From: Prochlorococcus marinus subsp. pastoris str. CCMP1986 | GTDB taxonomy: Bacteria; Cyanobacteriota; Cyanobacteriia; PCC-6307; Cyanobiaceae | Length of the DNA stretch: 32,000 nucleotides | Direction: 5' to 3' | Assembly: GCF_000011465.1 (NCBI RefSeq) | Contig: NC_005072.1 | Coordinates: forward strand, 1,440,001 to 1,472,000 | Part shown: one piece after another, positions 1 through 10,349 of the stretch | How positions within the stretch are numbered: position 1 is the stretch's first letter | How the letters are laid out: every line of letters starts with the position of its first letter | Position numbers and translations under genes: made by a program | The notes under the pieces: model-generated | What the model saw: the letters and a program-made list of their open reading frames with translations, nothing else | Told to the model about the DNA's origin: nothing | Database searches by the model: none

Positions 1-259
1 CAGAAATTTTTTCCCTAAGCCATCCATATCCTTGCTCTGGGCCGTAACCTTTAAATCCGTTATTTGTTCCCATTTCATTTAATGCTTCGCCCATAGCTTT
101 AACACAAGCTTTAGGTAGCGGCTCCGTCACATCGCCTATTCCAAGCTTAATGACTTTCGAACTGCTATTGGCTTGAGTATAGTTGTTAACTCTTTTTGAA
201 ATTTCAGGAAATAAATATCCTGCTTTGAGTTTTAAATAATTTTCGTTAACTTTAACCAC
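1..259 (-). CDS. dapL: LL-diaminopimelate aminotransferase, N-terminal fragment (gene runs off the window at position 1)
   Basis: Reverse-strand translation from GTG at 259 reads [86 protein letters not shown]. This matches the conserved N-terminus of cyanobacterial/plant-type DapL. It is absent from the ORF track because it is truncated. Confidence 0.8.
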   Translation of the reverse strand, partial: MVKVNENYLKLKAGYLFPEISKRVNNYTQANSSSKVIKLGIGDVTEPLPKACVKAMGEALNEMGTNNGFKGYGPEQGYGWLREKIS

Positions 260-557
260 TTTAAAAAATTTCTAAACTTAACCTATATAAGAATAATGGA
301 CAATGTACTTAACCGGGAATTAGATGTTAATATAAAGGTGGTTATGATTTAATTAAAGAAACAATCATAGCTATTTAATCAATTTCAAATCGTTTGAAAG
401 TCGTCTAAAACTAAAACACTTAGCAAGTCAAACTGCTACTAATTATTTTAAAAATCTAATAACTTAAGCTTTCAAGAAATTGCTAGCGAAAAATTAAATA
501 TGTAATTATTTACTTTTTATCGATTTTCAAAAATTCAAAACATACTTTAAAATTTTT

Positions 558-2375
558 ATGTCTCAGCAAATTGTAATAGCTGAGCAGGCGCGTATTGCAG
601 CACTACTCACAGATGATCAAGTTGATGAATTAATCGTCGCACAAGGTCAATATCAAATCGGGGATATTTTTTTAGGAACTGTTGAAAATGTCCTACCAGG
701 TATTGATGCTGCCTTTATAGATATTGGAGAAAGTGAAAAAAATGGCTTTATTCATGTATCAGATCTAGGTCCATTAAGATTAAAAAAAGGTGTTGTAGGA
801 ATTACTGAACTTCTTGAACCAAAACAAAAAGTTCTCGTGCAAGTAATGAAAGAACCTACTGGAAATAAAGGACCTAGACTTACAGGTAATATCTCGTTAC
901 CTGGTAAATATTTGATACTGCAACCATATGGACAAGGAGTCAATATTTCTAGAAAGATAAATACTGAGACTGAAAGAAGTCGTTTAAGAGCTCTTGGAGT
1001 TTTAATTAAACCGCCTAGCACAGGATTATTATTTCGAACTGAAGCAGAACAAATCAAAGAAGAATTTCTTATTGAAGATTTAGAACATTTAATTCAACAA
1101 TGGGATCAAGTATTAAAAAATTCAGAGAATAATCATCCACCAAATTTAATAAGTAGAGATGAGAATTTTTCATTAAAAATTTTAAGAGATTACATCAAAT
1201 CATCAACTAGTAAAATTGTAATTGATAATAAAATCGCTCTCGAAAAAGCAAAAGACTTTTTAGTTAATAATGACTCTAATTTGGATCTTGTTTTTCACAA
1301 TAATGAAATAAATGAGCATATTTTAGAAAAATACCAAATTAATAAAACTATTCAAAAGGCGCTTCAGCCAAGAGTAGATTTACCTTCAGGAGGTTACATA
1401 ATTATTGAACCTACTGAAGCATTGACAGTAATTGACGTTAATTCTGGATCTTTCACAAGATCAGCTAATTCAAGACAAACTGTTTTATGGACGAATTGTG
1501 AAGCAGCTATAGAAATTTCTAGACAAATGAAATTAAGAAATATTGGGGGAGTTTTAGTTATAGATTTTATAGATATGGAATCTCGAAGAGATCAATTTCA
1601 GTTACTTGAACATTTTACTTTAGCCATTAAAGATGATTCAGCAAGGCCACAAATAGCTCAATTAACTGAGTTAGGTTTAGTTGAATTAACAAGAAAAAGA
1701 CAAGGTCAAAATATATATGAATTGTTTAGTACTAAATGCAATAACTGCAATGGATTAGGGCATAAAGAAAAATTACCAAATTATAAAAATATTTCTTTAA
1801 AAACTAATCAAAATGCAAAAAAATCCAGTAAAATTAATGATACCAAAATCTCAGATTCAACTCCCATTCAATTAATTGAAAATCAGGAAACGATCATTGG
1901 GGAAGAGTTAACTAAAACCAAAAACACCATTAAAGACGATGATCATTCCAATAAAAGGGGGAATGATAATGAATTACCTAATACAAACAATCGTAGTGAA
2001 AAGAAAGTAATCACGGTTGAGCTTAGTAATGATGAAAAAATTGTTTACAGCCAATTGGGTATTAATCCATTAATTAAATTAGGAAAGGAATATCTAAGTA
2101 GTAATCACTTAGTACGTTTGGAAGATGTTAAGAACAAGGAAAAAGATGATTCCGAGCAAAATGTAAAAACAAATAATAAAGTTACAAGTAAGAATACAAA
2201 TAAAATAACCTCAACTTTTGATTCAAAAGAAGAGGTTGAAGCAGATTACTCTAAAGAAGTGAATCCCGACAAAAAATTGCCAAAAGTAACAAATGAGAAC
2301 GAGGTAATAGAAACAACAGATGAAATGGATAATTCAAGAAGAAAAAGAAGAAGATCATCTGCAAATATTGAATAA
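558..2375 (+). CDS. rne: Ribonuclease E (compact cyanobacterial type)
   Basis: 605 aa. S1 domain ([36 protein letters not shown]), catalytic core ([12 protein letters not shown]), Zn-link CNNCNGLG, a long N/K/S/E-rich low-complexity tail, and a terminal Arg-rich RRKRRRSSA motif. Confidence 0.93.
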   Translation: MSQQIVIAEQARIAALLTDDQVDELIVAQGQYQIGDIFLGTVENVLPGIDAAFIDIGESEKNGFIHVSDLGPLRLKKGVVGITELLEPKQKVLVQVMKEPTGNKGPRLTGNISLPGKYLILQPYGQGVNISRKINTETERSRLRALGVLIKPPSTGLLFRTEAEQIKEEFLIEDLEHLIQQWDQVLKNSENNHPPNLISRDENFSLKILRDYIKSSTSKIVIDNKIALEKAKDFLVNNDSNLDLVFHNNEINEHILEKYQINKTIQKALQPRVDLPSGGYIIIEPTEALTVIDVNSGSFTRSANSRQTVLWTNCEAAIEISRQMKLRNIGGVLVIDFIDMESRRDQFQLLEHFTLAIKDDSARPQIAQLTELGLVELTRKRQGQNIYELFSTKCNNCNGLGHKEKLPNYKNISLKTNQNAKKSSKINDTKISDSTPIQLIENQETIIGEELTKTKNTIKDDDHSNKRGNDNELPNTNNRSEKKVITVELSNDEKIVYSQLGINPLIKLGKEYLSSNHLVRLEDVKNKEKDDSEQNVKTNNKVTSKNTNKITSTFDSKEEVEADYSKEVNPDKKLPKVTNENEVIETTDEMDNSRRKRRRSSANIE

Positions 2376-2949
2376 AGATTCTGAGATAGGTATTGACGAA
2401 GTCGGTCGTGGTTCGGTTTTCGGACCTGTATTTTCTGTTGCTGTAGTTCTTTCTAAGAAAAGTGGATTAACTCTCAAGAAATTAGGGGTTAATGATAGTA
2501 AAAAATTAACTCCAAAAAAAAGAAAAGATTTTTTTCCTAAAATTATTGCATTATCATCAGATTACGCTTTAGGGCAGTCTTCAGTAAGAGAAATAGATTT
2601 GTTGGGGATAAGACATGCAACTGAACTTTCCATGATTAGAGCAGTTAAAAAGTTAAAACATATGCCATCTGAATTATTAATTGACGGCCCATTAACATTA
2701 AGACTTTGGGAGGGTAATCAAAGAAATATTATTTCAGGTGATTCTAAATTTATTTCAATAGCTACTGCAAGCATAATTGCTAAAGTAATGCGTGACTCTT
2801 TGATGGAAAGATTAGAAAGCAAATATCCTGGATATTTCATATTTAAAAATAAAGGATATGGTACCAAACAACATTTTTCAAGTCTTAAAAAACATGGACT
2901 AACGAATCTCCATAGAAAAAGTTTCTTGAATAAGTTAAATCTGATTTAA
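2320..2949 (+). CDS. rnhB: Ribonuclease HII
   Basis: [15 protein letters not shown] metal-binding motif, plus ASIIAKV and GYGTKQH motifs. Start is uncertain: ATG 2320 overlaps rne by 56 nt, while in-frame TTG 2368 would overlap by only 8 nt. Confidence 0.9.
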   Translation: MKWIIQEEKEEDHLQILNKDSEIGIDEVGRGSVFGPVFSVAVVLSKKSGLTLKKLGVNDSKKLTPKKRKDFFPKIIALSSDYALGQSSVREIDLLGIRHATELSMIRAVKKLKHMPSELLIDGPLTLRLWEGNQRNIISGDSKFISIATASIIAKVMRDSLMERLESKYPGYFIFKNKGYGTKQHFSSLKKHGLTNLHRKSFLNKLNLI

Positions 2950-3453
2950 TTCACACCAATTTACAAAATCTTTTATTAATTGTTGTTGAACTCTAGATTT
3001 TATTCCTAATAAAATTCCATTCAATACTGAATGACCTGTAGATTCTAAAATTTTCTTTGGCAAAAGTTTCAAAAGAGGCGGTTGACTTACTGAAACTCCG
3101 AGTAAGGCTTCACCTTCTAAACCAAAATCAGTTGCCTCCAAATTTGCTTTCAAAATTAAATTAAAGTCTTCAACCATGCCTAAACCATCTAATGTACTAT
3201 CAAGTGCACTCATTTTTAAAACACCCTTATTATTCTCAACTGCAATTGATACAACAGGTTTAACATCTAATTGAAAAACCTTGAAACTTGTTACAGTATA
3301 CTTATACATTCCTTCCCCTCCAGGCTCTAATTTCTTTGGGTCTAGCATTGCTCCAACAACTCTTTCTTCCTCCAAAAGATATTTAGAAAGATATTCTTTA
3401 TTCCTCGTAACAGAAAGTTTAAGTTTCTGTTTTGCATCAAAAGCTAAAAGCAT
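2935..3453 (-). CDS. Conserved cyanobacterial protein of unknown function (DUF1997-like)
   Basis: 172-aa ORF with no competing frame. By eye it resembles the DUF1997 family (LDPKKLEP...[23 protein letters not shown]). Its 3' end overlaps the rnhB 3' end by 15 nt. Confidence 0.65.
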   Translation of the reverse strand: MLLAFDAKQKLKLSVTRNKEYLSKYLLEEERVVGAMLDPKKLEPGGEGMYKYTVTSFKVFQLDVKPVVSIAVENNKGVLKMSALDSTLDGLGMVEDFNLILKANLEATDFGLEGEALLGVSVSQPPLLKLLPKKILESTGHSVLNGILLGIKSRVQQQLIKDFVNWCELNQI

Positions 3454-3505
3454 TTTCTATATACCTCCAATGCTTATTTGATCTCTTTTTTTATTACAAT
3501 TTACC

Positions 3506-4351
3506 ATGAGCAAACAAGTTGCATATTTAGGCCCTAAAGGGACATACGCTGAAAAAGCAGCTCATATTTTATCAAAGCTTGCTAATTTTAAGTCACCTTT
3601 ATTTGTACCATGTAACGGGCTGTATTCGGTTATTAAATCAATAGCCTACAACAATTGTGATGCAGCAATAGTGCCCATTGAGAATTCTGTTGAAGGAGGA
3701 GTGACAACGACTTTAGACGCGCTTTGGAAATTTTCTGATATTAATATAAATAAAGCAATTGTTTTGCCAATAAATCATGCATTAATTAGTGATGGCAAGA
3801 TTTCAGAGATATCTGAGGTTTTATCTCATCCGCAAGCTTTAGCTCAATGCTCAGAATGGCTATCTGAGAACCTTCCAGAAGCTATTACTTTAGCAACAAA
3901 ATCTACATCAGAAGCTGTGAATATGGTTAAAGGAAGCTCATTTAGAGCTGCTATTGGTTCGAAATCTCTTATTGAAATAGAAGGACTTCAAGAATTAGCA
4001 TTTCCTATTAATGATGTCCCAGGTAATTGTACAAGATTTGTATTGTTGAGTAAAGAATATATTGTAGATAAAGCCAATATTGCAAGCTTTGCCTTCTCAT
4101 TACTCTCAAATAATCCTGGTGCTTTACTAGAAGCTTTAAATTATATTGCAGAATTTGGATTCAATATGAGTAAAATAGAATCTAGACCTTCAAAGAGAGA
4201 ATTAGGAGAATACATAATCTATGTTGATGTTGAAATAAATACAAAAACTAATATTGAAGCATTTAATAAATTAAAGAAAAAAATACAACCCTTATGTAAA
4301 CATTTGATCGACTTTGGATGTTATTTATCAGAAAAGATTAATTTAGACTAA
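3506..4351 (+). CDS. pheA: Prephenate dehydratase
   Basis: 281 aa. PDT domain (VAYLGPKGTYAEKAA...VPIENSVEGGV...LSHPQALAQC) followed by a C-terminal ACT domain (ESRPSK motif). Confidence 0.9.
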   Translation: MSKQVAYLGPKGTYAEKAAHILSKLANFKSPLFVPCNGLYSVIKSIAYNNCDAAIVPIENSVEGGVTTTLDALWKFSDININKAIVLPINHALISDGKISEISEVLSHPQALAQCSEWLSENLPEAITLATKSTSEAVNMVKGSSFRAAIGSKSLIEIEGLQELAFPINDVPGNCTRFVLLSKEYIVDKANIASFAFSLLSNNPGALLEALNYIAEFGFNMSKIESRPSKRELGEYIIYVDVEINTKTNIEAFNKLKKKIQPLCKHLIDFGCYLSEKINLD

Positions 4352-5287
4352 TTAACCTCTACATTTATAAACTCCAAATTCCATTAAACCTTTTTTAAAG
4401 GCCCAATCCATTAAAAGTATTGTAGGTATCTCTCTGATAGACTTTATAATTGCTCCTGGACCAAGGGATAAAATTGAATTAGGTCTTCTCATTCCTTCAA
4501 ATATTGAATCAAACCAAGAGGGATTTGTAAAAGAATTCCAATTAGAGGATATAACTTGACCTGAACTATTTTTGTTATTTATAAGAATACTACTGAATTC
4601 ATTGATACTAATAAATTTAGGATGTACCCACTGTTCAAGTAATTGTTTTAAGATTATTTTTTCAATCATGGATGGGGGTTGCTTTTGTAAATCTCTTGAA
4701 TTCCAATCAGCCAATGCTAAATATCCTCCAGGTCTTAAAGTTCTTAACATTTGATCTGCAAATTTAGTTTTATTATTCATATGGGCTCCTGCCTCAACAC
4801 TCCAAACACCATCAAATATTCCCTCTTCAAATTTCAAATCCAAAGCATCCATAACTTTGAAGTTGCATTTACATTCATAAGGAGTAAGTTCTTTTGCTCT
4901 TTTTACTTGAGCTGGACTAATAGTTATTCCAGTGACATTAAATCCATAATAATTGGCGAGAATTCTAGAACTTCCACCTATTCCGCAACCGACATCTAAA
5001 ATCCTAGAACCTCTTGGTAATTTATCTAAACCACTCCAACTTACTAACTCATGTACAAATTGAACTTTAGCCTCTCTAAAATCAATATTTTTATTTAGAG
5101 GATAGAAACCTAGATGTATATGTTCTCCCCATAATCTTTCTAGTAATTTATCTTGAGTCCAGGAATCATATGCTGTAGCTACAGTTCTCGAAGAAATATA
5201 TTTTCTAGTATTAATTCTCCAAAGTATTAGAGAAGAAAATAATAAAGTTAAAAATATAACAAGTGAAGATATTAAAAAAATGGACAT
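4352..5287 (-). CDS. SAM-dependent methyltransferase, sll0418-like (MPBQ/MSBQ methyltransferase of the tocopherol/plastoquinone pathway)
   Basis: N-terminal TM helix, WGEHIHLGFY, SAM motif LDVGCGIGGSSR, and ADWNSRD...REIPTILLM. Overall resemblance is to Synechocystis sll0418 as I recall it, rather than to gamma-TMT slr0089. Confidence 0.75.
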   Translation of the reverse strand: MSIFLISSLVIFLTLLFSSLILWRINTRKYISSRTVATAYDSWTQDKLLERLWGEHIHLGFYPLNKNIDFREAKVQFVHELVSWSGLDKLPRGSRILDVGCGIGGSSRILANYYGFNVTGITISPAQVKRAKELTPYECKCNFKVMDALDLKFEEGIFDGVWSVEAGAHMNNKTKFADQMLRTLRPGGYLALADWNSRDLQKQPPSMIEKIILKQLLEQWVHPKFISINEFSSILINNKNSSGQVISSNWNSFTNPSWFDSIFEGMRRPNSILSLGPGAIIKSIREIPTILLMDWAFKKGLMEFGVYKCRG

Positions 5288-5944
5288 TTAGTTTTCTTTG
5301 ATATCAGGAAAACTCTCTTTTAGAGCTGTTCTAGCTGCTAATTGTTTTCTAGTATGATCTAACATTTCAAACTCTCTTTGTAAACGAGTATGTGTGTTCC
5401 TCTCCTCTAAAAGTTTTTGCTGCTCTTCAGCTACTGGCCCTCCCAGATGAGCACCGATCCAAAAAGAAAGTTCCATAGGATTCTCAGGTAACTTTTCAGG
5501 AAGAACTTTCTGAGAATTAGTTAATTTACCAGTTAATTTAACTACATCATTTAAGGCTTCAGTGACTGAATCTCTTAAAAGATCTAAACTTTGAAAACTA
5601 TCAATATTTTCGTCAGTAATCCAACTTACCATTGCTGAACAATAAGGTGTAGAACGTACAATTTCAAGAACTTGAAATCTTTGCTGTCCCAAAGTGATTA
5701 TATTACTTCTACCATCTTCGGCCGTTTGATGTTTAATTATCTGAGCACAACAGCCAACGTTAGCCATACTCTTTTTATTGGGATCCCATTTAATAACTCC
5801 AAACATTGAATCTGATTCAAGTACAGATTTAAGCATAATTCTGTATCTCGACTCAAAGATGTGTAGTGGCAAGACTTCTTGTGGGAAAAGAACAACTTCT
5901 GGGAGAGGGAACAATGGTAATTCCCTTACTGAAAGCTCTCCCAT
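5288..5944 (-). CDS. LON N-terminal (substrate-binding) domain protein, with no ATPase or protease domain
   Basis: 218 aa. LPLFPLPEVVLFPQEVLPLHIFESRYRIM is the typical LON-N domain start. The stop TAA directly abuts the ATG of the downstream methyltransferase. Confidence 0.75.
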   Translation of the reverse strand: MGELSVRELPLFPLPEVVLFPQEVLPLHIFESRYRIMLKSVLESDSMFGVIKWDPNKKSMANVGCCAQIIKHQTAEDGRSNIITLGQQRFQVLEIVRSTPYCSAMVSWITDENIDSFQSLDLLRDSVTEALNDVVKLTGKLTNSQKVLPEKLPENPMELSFWIGAHLGGPVAEEQQKLLEERNTHTRLQREFEMLDHTRKQLAARTALKESFPDIKEN

Positions 5945-5999
5945 TTAAACCTCAAATGTTTATTATATTTTAGTGAATTAAAGTTCTATTCGGGATTTC

Positions 6000-6320
6000 T
6001 TATAATTTAACTTCTATGTCTACACCACTAGGAAGATCCAATTTCATTAAGGCATCTATAGTTTTAGCAGAAGGACTATAAATATCAATTATTCTTCTAT
6101 GAGTTCTGGTCTCGAAATGCTCTCTAGAATCTTTATCAACATGAGGCGATCTTAAAACGCAATAAATTTTTCTTTTAGTTGGTAATGGAATAGGTCCGAT
6201 AGCTGAAGCAGCGGTTGTATCTGCCGTTTGAATTATTTTGTCACAAGATAAATCAAGCATTCTTCTATCGAAGGCTTTTAATCTGATACGTATTTTTTGT
6301 TGAGTAAGTGAAGCTGTCAT
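6000..6320 (-). CDS. rpsJ: 30S ribosomal protein S10
   Basis: 106 aa, [11 protein letters not shown]...[14 protein letters not shown]...[13 protein letters not shown]. Confidence 0.97.
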   Translation of the reverse strand: MTASLTQQKIRIRLKAFDRRMLDLSCDKIIQTADTTAASAIGPIPLPTKRKIYCVLRSPHVDKDSREHFETRTHRRIIDIYSPSAKTIDALMKLDLPSGVDIEVKL

Positions 6321-6346
6321 AAGTTTAAATTAATATCTTTATAGAG

Positions 6347-6369
6347 GGGTTATTGATAAGCAATAACCC
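6347..6369 (-). other. Stem-loop between tuf and rpsJ (9-bp perfect stem, 5-nt loop, no U-tract)
   Basis: GGGTTATTG (6347-6355) pairs with CAATAACCC (6361-6369), with loop ATAAG. No T/A run follows on either strand. Confidence 0.3.
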
Positions 6370-6429
6370 ATATCTCTGTATTTAACTATTTTAGATTATC
6401 AAAGGTTAACTTTATAAAATCAAAGAAAA

Positions 6430-7629
6430 TTATTCAATAATTTTAGAAACAACACCAGCTCCAATAGTACGACCTCCTTCGCGAATAGCAAAGCGCATAC
6501 CTTGTTCAATTGCAACTGGACAAATTAATTCTCCAGTCATTTTTATCCTGTCACCTGGCATTACCATCTCAACATTGGCTCCATCATCAGCTGTGAATGC
6601 AGTGATTTGTCCAGTTACATCTGTTGTTCTTATATAAAATTGTGGTCTGTAACCAGCAAAGAAAGGTGTATGTCTACCACCCTCTTCTTTCTTAAGGACA
6701 TAAACTTCTCCTTCAAATTTTGTATGAGGAGTAATCGAACCTTTTTTAACAAGAACCATACCTCTTTCAATATCTTCTTTCTGAACACCACGTAAAAGTA
6801 GTCCAACATTATCTCCAGCCATACCTTCATCAAGAAGTTTACGGAACATTTCAACACCCGTGACAGTGGTCAATCTTGTATCTCTTATTCCAACTATTTC
6901 AACTTCTTCCCCTACTTTGACTTTTCCTCTCTCTATTCTTCCAGTGGCAACTGTTCCTCTACCTGTGATAGAAAATACATCTTCAACTGCCATCAAAAAT
7001 GGCTTGTCGATTTCTCTCTCAGGTTCAGGAATACTAGCATCAACGGCAGTCATTAATTCTTCAATTTTAGATTCCCAAGTAGAATCTCCTTCTAAAGCTT
7101 TTAGACCTGAAACTTGAACGATGGGTATATCATCACCAGGGAAATCATAACTATCAAGAAGTTCTCTGATTTCCATTTCAACAAGTTCAATGATTTCTTC
7201 ATCATCTACCATGTCACATTTATTCAAAGCAACAACCAAAGCAGGAACTCCAACTTGTTTTGCTAAAAGAATGTGTTCTTTTGTTTGAGCCATAGGACCA
7301 TCTGTTGCTGCACAAACTAAAATTGCACCATCCATTTGAGCTGCACCAGTGATCATGTTTTTCACATAATCAGCGTGACCTGGACAGTCAACGTGTGCAT
7401 AATGTCTTTCGGCTGTTTCGTATTCAACGTGTGCAGTATTAATTGTAATACCACGCTCTCTTTCTTCTGGAGCACCATCGATGTCTCCATAGTCTTGAGC
7501 TTGTGCTTGACCTTTTTTAGCTAAAACATTAGTAATAGCAGCAGTCAGGGTTGTTTTTCCATGATCAACGTGGCCAATAGTACCTATGTTGACATGTGGT
7601 TTGTTCCTTTCGAACTTCTCGCGAGCCAT
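6430..7629 (-). CDS. tuf: Elongation factor Tu
   Basis: 399 aa with [18 protein letters not shown] and NKCD GTPase motifs. Confidence 0.98.
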   Translation of the reverse strand: MAREKFERNKPHVNIGTIGHVDHGKTTLTAAITNVLAKKGQAQAQDYGDIDGAPEERERGITINTAHVEYETAERHYAHVDCPGHADYVKNMITGAAQMDGAILVCAATDGPMAQTKEHILLAKQVGVPALVVALNKCDMVDDEEIIELVEMEIRELLDSYDFPGDDIPIVQVSGLKALEGDSTWESKIEELMTAVDASIPEPEREIDKPFLMAVEDVFSITGRGTVATGRIERGKVKVGEEVEIVGIRDTRLTTVTGVEMFRKLLDEGMAGDNVGLLLRGVQKEDIERGMVLVKKGSITPHTKFEGEVYVLKKEEGGRHTPFFAGYRPQFYIRTTDVTGQITAFTADDGANVEMVMPGDRIKMTGELICPVAIEQGMRFAIREGGRTIGAGVVSKIIE

Positions 7630-7672
7630 TTGAATTAAAGAATCGAGGGTTAAAGAGTGTTTAGTTTAGAGA

Positions 7673-9748
7673 TCAGGAGTTGCCCTGATTCTTGGAAATG
7701 ATAGCTTCAGCAACGTTACGAGGAACTTCCTCATAATTTGCGAACTCCATTGAAAATATGCCCCGACCTTGAGTCATTGATCGGAGTTGAGTGGCATAAC
7801 CGAACATTTCGGCTAAAGGCACTTTGGCCTGTACTTTAGACAATCCATCATCGACAGATTGTCCTTCGACTTGACCTCTCCTTGAAGAGAGATCACCAAT
7901 TACAGATCCAAGAAAATCATCAGGACTTTCGACCTCGACTTTCATCATAGGCTCTAAGAGGACAGGATTGCATTTTTTAACCCCATCTTTAAAAGCCATT
8001 GAACCTGCAATTTTGAAGGCCATTTCAGATGAGTCTACATCGTGGAACGAACCATCGACTAGTGTTACTTTTACATCAATCAGCGGATAACCGGCAAGAA
8101 CCCCTGATTCGCAGGTTTCTTTCATTCCATTTGAGGCTGGTCCAATATATTCTTTTGGCACAGTTCCACCCACGATTTTGTTAACAAATTCAAACCCTTT
8201 GCCGACTTCGGCAGGTTCCATTTCAATAACTACGTGTCCATATTGTCCTTTACCTCCTGTTTGTCTTGCATATTTTCCTTCACCCTTGGAACTTGATCTA
8301 ATTGTTTCTCTATAAGAAACCTGAGGGGCGCCTATATTTGCCTCAACTTTAAACTCTCTCAACATTCTGTCTACAAGAATTTCAAGATGTAGTTCCCCCA
8401 TGCCGGCTATTACAGTCTGATTAGTCTCTTGATCTGTACTTACCCTAAAGGTTGGATCTTCTTCAGACAAGGCTTGTAAGGCCTTAGAAAGTTTCTCCAT
8501 ATCTCCTTTAGTTTTTGGTTCTACAGCAACTGATATAACAGGTTCGGGGATAAATAAAGTTTCTAGAACTATTGGGTCGTCAGTATTACACAAGGTATCA
8601 CCTGTTGTTGTATTCTTCAATCCCAATACAGCACCTAAATCTCCTGCTCTTAATTCATCAACTTCTTCTCTTTCATCTGCTTTTAAGATGACTAACCTTG
8701 AAATTCTCTCTTTAGCATCCTTAGTTGAATTCATAACATAACTTCCTTTAGAAAGCACTCCAGAATACATTCTTACAAAAGTTAGTTTTCCATAAGGATC
8801 AGACATGACTTTGAAAGCAAGTGCACTGAAAGGAGCATTGTCATCCGAAGGTCTAACATCTTCTTTACCATTTGGTAAAACACCTTGAATTGGTTTTACA
8901 TCAATTGGAGCTGGTAAATAATCAACTACTGCATCAAGAACTAATTGAACCCCTTTATTTTTAAAGGCTGATCCACATAAAACAGGAACCAAACCATGTT
9001 TGAGAACTCCTTCTCTAATCCCTTTTTTTAATTGATCTTCAGTTAATTCTCCCTTATCCAAAAATATTTCAATTAATTCTTCATCATTTTCTGCGACACT
9101 TTCCATTAATTTGCTTCTCCATTCCAATGCCTCGTCTTTCATCTCATCTGGTATAGGAGCTTCTTCAATATCAGTTCCTAAATCATTTTTGTATAAATAA
9201 GCCTTGTTACTTACTAAATCAATAATTCCTGAAAGATCACCTTCAGCTCCTATTGGAAGTTGAATAGGAAAAGCATTTGCTTTAAGACGATCTTTAATTT
9301 GTTGATTAACCTTTAGGAAGTCTGCGCCTGTTCTATCCATCTTATTAACGAAAACCATTCTTGGAACAGAGTATCTATCAGCTTGTCTCCAAACAGTCTC
9401 TGATTGTGGCTGAACTCCTCCTACCGCACAAAACACAGCTATAACACCATCTAAAACTCTCATTGATCTTTCAACTTCAATTGTGAAGTCAACGTGTCCT
9501 GGAGTATCAATAATATTAATTCTATGATCTTGCCAACTAGTAGAAATAGCAGCAGCTGTGATAGTAATTCCTCTTTCTCTTTCTTGAGCCATCCAATCTG
9601 TTACCGCAGCACCATCATGTACTTCTCCGATTTTATGAACAACCCCTGAATAAAAAAGTATTCTTTCAGTAGTAGTTGTTTTACCAGCGTCAATATGAGC
9701 GGCTATACCTATATTCCTTACTCGTTCAAGGGGAAAGTCGCGTGCCAA
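7673..9748 (-). CDS. fusA: Elongation factor G
   Basis: 691 aa with [17 protein letters not shown] and NKMD motifs. The start codon is TTG and no in-frame ATG lies upstream before a stop. Confidence 0.98.
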   Translation of the reverse strand: MARDFPLERVRNIGIAAHIDAGKTTTTERILFYSGVVHKIGEVHDGAAVTDWMAQERERGITITAAAISTSWQDHRINIIDTPGHVDFTIEVERSMRVLDGVIAVFCAVGGVQPQSETVWRQADRYSVPRMVFVNKMDRTGADFLKVNQQIKDRLKANAFPIQLPIGAEGDLSGIIDLVSNKAYLYKNDLGTDIEEAPIPDEMKDEALEWRSKLMESVAENDEELIEIFLDKGELTEDQLKKGIREGVLKHGLVPVLCGSAFKNKGVQLVLDAVVDYLPAPIDVKPIQGVLPNGKEDVRPSDDNAPFSALAFKVMSDPYGKLTFVRMYSGVLSKGSYVMNSTKDAKERISRLVILKADEREEVDELRAGDLGAVLGLKNTTTGDTLCNTDDPIVLETLFIPEPVISVAVEPKTKGDMEKLSKALQALSEEDPTFRVSTDQETNQTVIAGMGELHLEILVDRMLREFKVEANIGAPQVSYRETIRSSSKGEGKYARQTGGKGQYGHVVIEMEPAEVGKGFEFVNKIVGGTVPKEYIGPASNGMKETCESGVLAGYPLIDVKVTLVDGSFHDVDSSEMAFKIAGSMAFKDGVKKCNPVLLEPMMKVEVESPDDFLGSVIGDLSSRRGQVEGQSVDDGLSKVQAKVPLAEMFGYATQLRSMTQGRGIFSMEFANYEEVPRNVAEAIISKNQGNS

Positions 9749-9852
9749 TGTTAAAACTCCAAATAGAATGAATTGCTAAATAGCAACAGTTTATTTAATC
9801 AAATAAACTTTTGTTTAATAATAAACTAAATAAGGACCATTTTGGGTCGAAA

Positions 9853-10323
9853 TTAGTATCTGTAGTGAGCAAAAGCTTTATTAGCTTCTGCCATTTTATG
9901 AGTATCCTCTCTCTTCTTAACTGCGCTGCCAGTTTCATTAGCTGCATCCATTAATTCACCTGCTAACTTTTGCGACATACTCTTTCCATTTCTTCCTCTT
10001 GAAAAGGTAACTAGCCATCTTAATGCCATAGCAGTTCCTCTCTCTTGACGAACTTCCATAGGAACTTGATAGGTTGCACCTCCAACTCTTCTAGCTCTCA
10101 CCTCTACCAATGGGGTTGCATTCTTTACGGCTGTTTCAAATAACTCCACAGCATTTCCACCTGTTCTTTCACTGATTAGAGAGAAAGCATCTGATAGTAT
10201 TTTTTGTGCAGTAGATTTTTTACCATGTTTCATCAATCTAGAAATCATCATTGAGGCAAGACGACTATTAAATTGGGGGTCTGGTAAAACCGGTCTTTTT
10301 ACTGCTGCATTACGACGTGACAT
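9853..10323 (-). CDS. rpsG: 30S ribosomal protein S7
   Basis: 156 aa, [22 protein letters not shown]... Confidence 0.97.
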
Positions 10324-10349
10324 TTTAGAAAAGAATTGAAGTTAAAAAA

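Noticed and set aside
296-352. An 18-codon ORF (MDNVLNRELDVNIKVVMI*) in the 298-nt dapL/rne spacer, considered as a possible leader peptide for rne.
   Set aside because: No supporting signal beyond an open frame. The long spacer is better explained as the rne promoter plus a long 5' UTR, as is known for RNase E genes.
752-1057. Antisense or alternative-frame ORFs from the track. They lie inside or largely overlap well-supported genes: 752-1057, 3281-3481, 4572-4754, 4751-4999, 6607-6795, 6630-6857, 6860-7117, 7336-7524, 10405-10617, 12622-12831, 14047-14385, 16449-16634, 17918-18121, 21055-21261, 25751-25969, 27442-27753, 28183-28377.
   Set aside because: Each overlaps a gene with strong family motifs, on the opposite strand or, for 6630-6857, in another frame of tuf. 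Their translations are low-complexity with no recognisable domain. They are best explained as chance open frames.
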